Made by a program: the position numbers and the translations under genes
NCBI GenBank assembly: GCA_964016885.1
Contig: OZ024743.1
Coordinates: 131,750,001 to 131,814,000 of the forward strand
Reading direction: 5' to 3'
DNA: 64,000 nucleotides
Origin: Eledone cirrhosa
Taxonomy: Eukaryota
Shown here: in pieces, positions 52,401-61,400 of the stretch
Position numbering within the stretch: position 1 is the stretch's first letter
How the letters are laid out: each line of letters starts with the position of its first letter
The notes under the pieces: model-generated
Told to the model about the DNA's origin: nothing
What the model saw: only the letters and a program-made list of their open reading frames with translations
Database searches by the model: none

Positions 52401-55400
52401 GTTTGGTGCTTGGTGCTTGGTGCTTGGTTATTAGTGTTTGGTGCTTGGTGCTTGGGGTTTGGTGTTTGGTGCTTGGTGCTTGGTGTTTGGTGTTTGCTGT
52501 ATGGTGTTTGCTGTTTGGTGTTTGGTGTTTGCTGTTTGGTGTTTAATGCTTGGTGCTTGGTGCTTGGTGTTTGGTGGTTGGTGCTTGGTGCTTGGTGTTT
52601 GGCGTTTGCTCTTTGCTGTTTGGTGTTTGGTGCTTGCTGTTTGGTGGTTGGTGTTTGGTGTTTGGTGTTTGGTGCTTGCTGTTTGGTGCTTGGTGCTTGG
52701 TGTTTGGTGTTTGGTGTTTGGTGCTTGGTGCTTGGTGTTTGGTGGTTGGTGCTTGGTGCTGGGTGTTTGGTGCTTGTTGCTTGGTGCTTGGTGCTTGGTG
52801 CTTGGTGCTTGGTGCTTGGTCTTTGGTGCTTGGTGTTTGGTGTTTGGTGCTTGGTGCTTGGTGTTTGGTGCTTGGGGCTTGGTGTTTGGTGCTTGGTGAT
52901 TGCTGCTTGGTGTTTGGTGTTTGGTGCTTGGTGCTTGGTGCTTGGTGATTAGTGTTTGGTGCTTGGTGCTTGGTGCCTTGTGCTTGGTGCTTGGTGCTTG
53001 TTGTTTGGTGCTTGGTGCTTGGTGATTAGTGTTTGGTGCTTGGTGCTTGGTGCCTGGTGCTTGGTGCTTGTTGTTTGGTGCTTGGTGCTTGGTGATTAGT
53101 GTTTGGTGCCTGGTGCTTGGTGCTTGCTGTTTGGTGGTTGCTGTTTGGTGCTTGGTGTTTGGTGCTTGGTGCTTGGTGCTGGGTGGTTGGTGTTTGCTGC
53201 TTGGTGCTTGGTGTTTGGTGCTTGGTGCTTGGTGCTTGTTGTTTGGTGCTTGGTGCTTGGTCTTTGGTGCTTGGTGCTTGGTGTTTGGTGTTTGGTGTTT
53301 GGTGTTTCGTGCTTGGTGTCTAGTGTTTGGGTTTTGGTGTTTGGCGCTTGGTGCTTAGTGTTTGGTGTTTGGTGCTTGGTGCTTGGTGTTTGGTGTTTGG
53401 TGCTTGGTGTTTGGTGCTGGGTGCTTTGTGCTTGGTGTTTGGTGCTGGGTGTATGGTGTTTGGTGCTTGGTGCTTGGTGCTTGGTGTTTGGTGTTTGGTG
53501 CTTGGTACTTGGTGTTTGGTGTTTGATGCTTGGTGTTTGATGCTTGTTGCTTGGTGCTTGGTGTTTTGTGTTTGGTGTTTGGTGCTTGGTGTATGTACTT
53601 GGTGCTTGGTGCTTGGTGTTTGGTGCTTGGTTCTTGGTGTTTGGTGCTTGGTGCTTGGTGTTTGGTGCTTGGTGTTTGGTGTTTGGTGCTTGGTGTTTGG
53701 TACTTGGTGCTTGGTGCTTGGTGTTAAGTGTTTGGTGCTTGGTGCTTGGTGTTTGGTGCTTCGTGCTTGGTTCTTGGTGTTTGGTGCAAGGTGCTTGGTG
53801 TTTGGGGCTTGGTGCCTGGTGCTTTGTGTTTGGTGCTAGGTGCTTGGTGCTTGGTCTTTGGTGTTTGGTGCTTGGTGCTTGGTGCTTGGTGTTTGGTGCT
53901 TGGTGCTTGGTGCTTGGTTATTAGTGTTTGGTGCTTGGTGCTTGGGGTTTGGTGCTTGGTGCTTGGTGCTTGGTTATTAATGTTTGGTGCTTGGTGCTTG
54001 GGGTTTGGTGTTTGGTGCTTGGTGCTTGGTGTTTGGTGTTTGCTGTATGGTGTTTGCTGTTTCGTGTTTGGTGTTTGCTGTTTGGTGTTTAATGCTTGGT
54101 GCTTGGTGCTTGGTGTTTGGTGCTTGGTGCTTGGTGCTTGGTGTTTGGCGTTTGCTCTTTGCTGTTTGGTGTTTGGTGCTTGCTGTTTGGTGTTTGGTGT
54201 TTGGTGTTTGGTGTTTGGTGCTTGCTGTTTGGTGCTTGGTGCTTGGTGCTGGGTGTTTGGTGCTTGGTGCTGGGTGTTTGGTGCTTGGTGCTTGGTGTTT
54301 GGTCCTTGGTGCTTGGTGCTTGGTCTTTGGTGCTTGGGGTTTGGTGTTTGGTGCTTGGTGCTCGGTGTTTGGTGCTTGGTGCTTGGTGCTTGGTGTTTGG
54401 TGTTTGGTGCTTGCGGCTTGGTGCTTGGTGTTTGGTGCTTGGTCCTTGGTGATTAGTGTTTGGTGCATGGTGCTTGGTGTTTGTTGTTTGGTGCTTGGTG
54501 CTTGGTGTTTGGTGCTTGGTGCTTGCTGTTTGGTGTTTGGTGTTTGGTGCTTGGTGCTTGGTGTTTGGTGCTTGGTGTTTGGTTCTTGGTGTATGTACTT
54601 GGTGCTTGGTGCTTGGTGTTTGGTGCTTGGTTCTTGGTGTTTGGTGCTTGGTGTTTGGTGCTTTGTGTTTGGTGCTTGGTGCTTGGTGTTTGGTACTTGG
54701 TGCTTGGTGATTAGTGTTTGGTGCATGGTGCTTGGTGTTTGTTGTTTGGTGCTTGGTGCTTGGTGATTGGTGCTTGGTGCTTGCTGTTTGGTGTTTGGTG
54801 TTTGGTGTTTGGTGCTTGGTGTTTGGTGCTTGGTGCTTTGTGCTTGGTGTTTGGTGCTGGGTGTATGGTGTTTGGTGCTTGGTGGTTGGTGCTTGGTGTT
54901 TGGTGTTTGGTGCTTGGTACTTGGTGTTTGGTGTTTGATGCTTGGTGTTTGATGCTTGTTGCTTGGTGCTTGGTGTTTTGTGTTTGGTGTTTGGTGCTTG
55001 GTGTTTGGTGCTTGGTGCTTGGTGTTTGGTGCTTGGTGTTTGGTGTTTGGTGCTTGGTGTTTGTTACTTGGTGCTTGGTGCTTGGTGTTAAGTGTTTGGT
55101 GCTTGGTGCTTGGTGTTTGGTGCTTCGTGCTTGGTGCTTGGTGTCTGGTGCATGGTGCTTGGTGTTTGAGGCTTGGTGCCTGGTGCTTTGTGTTTGGTGC
55201 TAGGTGCTTGGTGCTTGGTCTTTGGTGTTTGGTGTTGGTGCTTGGTGCTTGGTGTTTGGTGCTTGGTGATTGGTGCTTGGTGCTTGGTTATTAGTGTTTG
55301 GTGCTTGGTGCTTGTGGTTTGGTGTTTGGTGCTTGGTGCTTGGTGTTTGGTGTTTGCTGTATGGTGTTTGCTGTTTCGTGTCTGGTGTTTGCTGTTTGGT

Positions 55401-58400
55401 GTTTAATGCTTGGTGCATGGTGTTTGGTGTTTGGTGTTTGGTGTTTGGTGTTTGGTGCTTGCTGTTTGGTGCTTGGTGCTTGGTGTTTGGTGTTTGGTGT
55501 TTGGTGCTTGGTGCTTGGTGTTTGGTGCTTGGTGCTTGGTGCTGGGTGTTTGGTGCTTGGTGCTTGGTGTTTGGTGCTTGGTGCTTGATGCTTGGTGCTT
55601 GGTGTTTGTTGTTTGGTGCTTGGTGCTTGGTGTTTGGTGCTTGGTGCTTGCTGTTTGGTGTTTGGTGTTTGGTGCTTGGTGCTTGGTCTTTGGTGTTTGG
55701 TGTTTGGTGTTTGGTGCTAGGTGCTTGGTGTTTGGTGCTTGGTGTTTGGTGCTTGGTGTTCGGTGCTTGGTGCTTGGTGCTTGGTACTTGGTGTTAGGTT
55801 TTTGGTGCTTGGGGCTTGGTGTTTGGTGTTTGGTGCTTGGTGCTTGGTATTTGGTGTTTGGTGCTTGGTGTTTGGTGTTTGGTGCTTTGTGCTTGGTGTT
55901 TGGTGCTGGGTGTATGGTGTTTGGTGCTTGGTGCTTGGTGCTTGGTGTTTGGTGTTTGGTGCTTGGTACTTGGTGTTTGGTGTTTGATGCTTGGTGTTTG
56001 ATGCTTGTTGCTTGGTGCTTGGTGTTTTGTGTTTGGTGTTTGGTGCTTGGTGTATGTACTTGGTGCTTGGTGCTTGGTGTTTGGTGCTTGGTTCTTGGTG
56101 TTTGGTGCTTGGTGCTTGGTGCTTGGTGTTTGGTGCTTGGTGCTTGGTGTTTGGTGCTTGGTGTTTGGTGTTTGGTGCTTGGTGTTTGGTACTTGGTGCT
56201 TGGTGCTTGGTTTTAAGTGTTTAGTGCTTGGTGCTTGGTGTTTGGTGCTTCGTGCTTGGTGCTTGGTGTTTGGTGCATGGTGCTTGGTGTTTGGGGCTTG
56301 GTGCCTGGTGCTTTGTGTTTGGTGCTAGGAGCTTGGTGCTTGGTCTTTGGTGCTTGGTGCTTGGTGCTTGGTGCTTGGTGTTTGGTGCTTGGTGCTTGGT
56401 GCTTGGTTATTAGTGTTTGGTGCTTGGTGCTTCTGGGTTTGGTGTTTGGTGCTTGGTGCTTGGTGTTTGGTGTTTGCTGTATGGTGTTTGCTGTTTGGTG
56501 TTTGGTGTTTGCTGTTTGGTGTTTAATGCTTGGTGCTTGGTGCTTGGTGTTTGGTGGTTGGTGCTTGGTGCTTGGTGTTTGGCGTTTGCTCTTTGCTGTT
56601 TGGTGTTTGGTGCTTGCTGTTTGGTGGTTGGTGTTTGGTGCTTGCTGTTTGGTGCTTGGTGCTTGGTGTTTGGTGTTTGGTGTTTGGTGCTTGGTGCTTG
56701 GTGTTTGGTGGTTGGTGCTTGGTGCTGGGTGTTTGGTGCTTGTTGCTTGGTGCTTGGTGCTTGGTGCTTGGTGCTTGGTGCTTGGTCTTTGGTGCTTGGT
56801 GTTTGGTGTTTGGTGCTTGGTGCTTGGTGTTTGGTGCTTGGGGCTTGGTGTTTGGTGCTTGGTGATTGCTGCTTGGTGTTTGGTGTTTGGTGCTTGGTGC
56901 TTGGTGCTTGGTGATTAGTGTTTGGTGCTTGGTGCTTGGTGCCTTGTGCTTGGTGCTTGGTGCTTGTTGTTTGGTGCTTGGTGCTTGGTGATTAGTGTTT
57001 GGTGCTTGGTGCTTGGTGCCTGGTGCTTGGTGCTTGTTGTTTGGTGCTTGGTGCTTGGTGATTAGTGTTTGGTGCCTGGTGCTTGGTGCTTGCTGTTTGG
57101 TGGTTGCTGTTTGGTGCTTGGTGTTTGGTGCTTGGTGCTTGGTGCTGGGTGGTTGGTGTTTGCTGCTTGGTGCTTGGTGTTTGGTGCTTGGTGCTTGGTG
57201 CTTGTTGTTTGGTGCTTGGTGCTTGGTCTTTGGTGCTTGGTGCTTGGTGTTTGGTGTTTGGTGTTTCGTGTTTCGTGCTTGGTGTCTAGTGTTTGGGTTT
57301 TGGTGTTTGGCGCTTGGTGCTTAGTGTTTGGTGTTTGGTGCTTGGTGCTTGGTGTTTGGTGTTTGGTGCTTGGTGTTTGGTGCTGGGTGCTTTGTGCTTG
57401 GTGTTTGGTGCTGGGTGTATGGTGTTTGGTGCTTGGTGCTTGGTGCTTGGTGTTTGGTGTTTGGTGCTTGGTACTTGGTGTTTGGTGTTTGATGCTTGGT
57501 GTTTGATGCTTGTTGCTTGGTGCTTGGTGTTTTGTGTTTGGTGTTTGGTGCTTGGTGTATGTACTTGGTGCTTGGTGCTTGGTGTTTGGTGCTTGGTTCT
57601 TGGTGTTTGGTGCTTGGTGCTTGGTGTTTGGTGCTTGGTGTTTGGTGTTTGGTGCTTGGTGTTTGGTACTTGGTGCTTGGTGCTTGGTGTTAAGTGTTTG
57701 GTGCTTGGTGCTTGGTGTTTGGTGCTTCGTGCTTGGTTCTTGGTGTTTGGTGCAAGGTTCTTGGTGTTTGGGGCTTGGTGCCTGGTGCTTTGTGTTTGGT
57801 GCTAGGTGCTTGGTGCTTGGTCTTTGGTGTTTGGTGCTTGGTGCTTGGTGCTTGGTGTTTGGTGCTTGGTGCTTGGTGCTTGGTTATTAGTGTTTGGTGC
57901 TTGGTGCTTGGGGTTTGGTGCTTGGTGCTTGGTGCTTGGTTATTAATGTTTGGTGCTTGGTGCTTGGTGTTTGGTGTTTGGTGCTTGGTGCTTGGTGTTT
58001 GGTGTTTGCTGTATGGTGTTTGCTGTTTCGTGTTTGGTGTTTGCTGTTTGCTGTTTGGTGTTTGGTGTTTGGTGCTTGGTGCTTGGTCTTTGGTGTTTGG
58101 TGTTTGGTGTTTGGTGCTAGGTGCTTGGTGTTTGGTGCTTGGTGTTTGGTGCTTGGTGTTCGGTGCTTGGTGCTTGGTGCTTGGTACTTGGTGTTAGGTT
58201 TTTGGTGCTTGGGGCTTGGTGTTTGGTGTTTGGTGCTTGGTGCTTGGTATTTGGTGTTTGGTGCTTGGTGTTTGGTGTTTGGTGCTTTGTGCTTGGTGTT
58301 TGGTGCTGGGTGTATGGTGTTTGGTGCTTGGTGCTTGGTGCTTGGTGTTTGGTGTTTGGTGCTTGGTACTTGGTGTTTGGTGTTTGATGCTTGGTGTTTG

Positions 58401-61400
58401 ATGCTTGTTGCTTGGTGCTTGGTGTTTTGTGTTTGGTGTTTGGTGCTTGGTGTATGTACTTGGTGCTTGGTGCTTGGTGTTTGGTGCTTGGTTCTTGGTG
58501 TTTGGTGCTTGGTGCTTGGTGCTTGGTGTTTGGTGCTTGGTGCTTGGTGTTTGGTGCTTGGTGTTTGGTGTTTGGTGCTTGGTGTTTGGTACTTGGTGCT
58601 TGGTGCTTGGTTTTAAGTGTTTAGTGCTTGGTGCTTGGTGTTTGGTGCTTCGTGCTTGGTGCTTGGTGTTTGGTGCATGGTGCTTGGTGTTTGGGGCTTG
58701 GTGCCTGGTGCTTTGTGTTTGGTGCTAGGAGCTTGGTGCTTGGTCTTTGGTGCTTGGTGCTTGGTGCTTGGTGCTTGGTGTTTGGTGCTTGGTGCTTGGT
58801 GCTTGGTTATTAGTGTTTGGTGCTTGGTGCTTCTGGGTTTGGTGTTTGGTGCTTGGTGCTTGGTGTTTGGTGTTTGCTGTATGGTGTTTGCTGTTTGGTG
58901 TTTGGTGTTTGCTGTTTGGTGTTTAATGCTTGGTGCTTGGTGCTTGGTGTTTGGTGGTTGGTGCTTGGTGCTTGGTGTTTGGCGTTTGCTCTTTGCTGTT
59001 TGGTGTTTGGTGCTTGCTGTTTGGTGGTTGGTGTTTGGTGCTTGCTGTTTGGTGCTTGGTGCTTGGTGTTTGGTGTTTGGTGTTTGGTGCTTGGTGCTTG
59101 GTGTTTGGTGGTTGGTGCTTGGTGCTGGGTGTTTGGTGCTTGTTGCTTGGTGCTTGGTGCTTGGTGCTTGGTGCTTGGTGCTTGGTCTTTGGTGCTTGGT
59201 GTTTGGTGTTTGGTGCTTGGTGCTTGGTGTTTGGTGCTTGGGGCTTGGTGTTTGGTGCTTGGTGATTGCTGCTTGGTGTTTGGTGTTTGGTGCTTGGTGC
59301 TTGGTGCTTGGTGATTAGTGTTTGGTGCTTGGTGCTTGGTGCCTTGTGCTTGGTGCTTGGTGCTTGTTGTTTGGTGCTTGGTGCTTGGTGATTAGTGTTT
59401 GGTGCTTGGTGCTTGGTGCCTGGTGCTTGGTGCTTGTTGTTTGGTGCTTGGTGCTTGGTGATTAGTGTTTGGTGCCTGGTGCTTGGTGCTTGCTGTTTGG
59501 TGGTTGCTGTTTGGTGCTTGGTGTTTGGTGCTTGGTGCTTGGTGCTGGGTGGTTGGTGTTTGCTGCTTGGTGCTTGGTGTTTGGTGCTTGGTGCTTGGTG
59601 CTTGTTGTTTGGTGCTTGGTGCTTGGTCTTTGGTGCTTGGTGCTTGGTGTTTGGTGTTTGGTGTTTGGTGTTTCGTGCTTGGTGTCTAGTGTTTGGGTTT
59701 TGGTGTTTGGCGCTTGGTGCTTAGTGTTTGGTGTTTGGTGCTTGGTGCTTGGTGTTTGGTGTTTGGTGCTTGGTGTTTGGTGCTGGGTGCTTTGTGCTTG
59801 GTGTTTGGTGCTGGGTGTATGGTGTTTGGTGCTTGGTGCTTGGTGCTTGGTGTTTGGTGTTTGGTGCTTGGTACTTGGTGTTTGGTGTTTGATGCTTGGT
59901 GTTTGATGCTTGTTGCTTGGTGCTTGGTGTTTTGTGTTTGGTGTTTGGTGCTTGGTGTATGTACTTGGTGCTTGGTGCTTGGTGTTTGGTGCTTGGTTCT
60001 TGGTGTTTGGTGCTTGGTGCTTGGTGTTTGGTGCTTGGTGTTTGGTGTTTGGTGCTTGGTGTTTGGTACTTGGTGCTTGGTGCTTGGTGTTAAGTGTTTG
60101 GTGCTTGGTGCTTGGTGTTTGGTGCTTCGTGCTTGGTTCTTGGTGTTTGGTGCAAGGTGCTTGGTGTTTGGGGCTTGGTGCCTGGTGCTTTGTGTTTGGT
60201 GCTAGGTGCTTGGTGCTTGGTCTTTGGTGTTTGGTGCTTGGTGCTTGGTGCTTGGTGTTTGGTGCTTGGTGCTTGGTGCTTGGTTATTAGTGTTTGGTGC
60301 TTGGTGCTTGGGGTTTGGTGCTTGGTGCTTGGTGCTTGGTTATTAATGTTTGGTGCTTGGTGCTTGGGGTTTGGTGTTTGGTGCTTGGTGCTTGGTGTTT
60401 GGTGTTTGCTGTATAGTGTTTGCTGTTTCGTGTTTGGTGTTTGCTGTTTGGTGTTTAATGCTTGGTGCTTGGTGCTTGGTGTTTGGTGCTTGGTGCTTGG
60501 TGCTTGGTGTTTGGCGTTTGCTCTTTGCTGTTTGGTGTTTGGTGCTTGCTGTTTGGTGTTTGGTGTTTGGTGTTTGGTGTTTGGTGCTTGCTGTTTGGTG
60601 CTTGGTGCTTGGTGCTGGGTGTTTGGTGCTTGGTGCTGGGTGTTTGGTGCTTGGTGCTTGGTGTTTGGTCCTTGGTGCTTGGTGCTTGGTCTTTGGTGCT
60701 TGGGGTTTGGTGTTTGGTGCTTGGTGCTCGGTGTTTGGTGCTTGGTGCTTGGTGCTTGGTGTTTGGTGTTTGGTGCTTGCTGCTTGGTGCTTGGTGTTTG
60801 GTGCTTGGTCCTTGGTGATTAGTGTTTGGTGCATGGTGCTTGGTGTTTGTTGTTTGGTGCTTGGTGCTTGGTGTTTGGTGCTTGGTGCTTGCTGTTTGGT
60901 GTTTGGTGTTTGGTGCTTGGTGCTTGGTGTTTGGTGCTTGGTGTTTGGTTCTTGGTGTATGTACTTGGTGCTTGGTGCTTGGTGTTTGGCGCTTGGTTCT
61001 TAGTGTTTGGTGCTTGGTGTTTGGTGCTTTGTGTTTGGTGCTTGGTGCTTGGTGTTTGGTACTTGGTGCTTGGTGATTAGTGTTTGGTGCATGGTGCTTG
61101 GTGTTTGTTGTTTGGTGCTTGGTGCTTGGTGATTGGTGCTTGGTGCTTGCTGTTTGGTGTTTGGTGTTTGGTGCTTGGTGCTTGGTGTTTGGTGCTTGGT
61201 GTTTGGTTCTTGGTGTATGTACTTGGTGCTTGGTGCTTGGTGTTTGGTGCTTGGTTCTTGGTGTTTGGTGCTTGGTGTTTGGTGTTTGGTGCTTGGTGTT
61301 TGGTGCTTGGTGCTTGGTGCTTGGTGTTAAGTGTTTGGTGCATGGTGCTTGGTGTTTGGTGCTTCGTGCTTGGTGCTTGGTGTTTGGTGCATGGTGCTTG

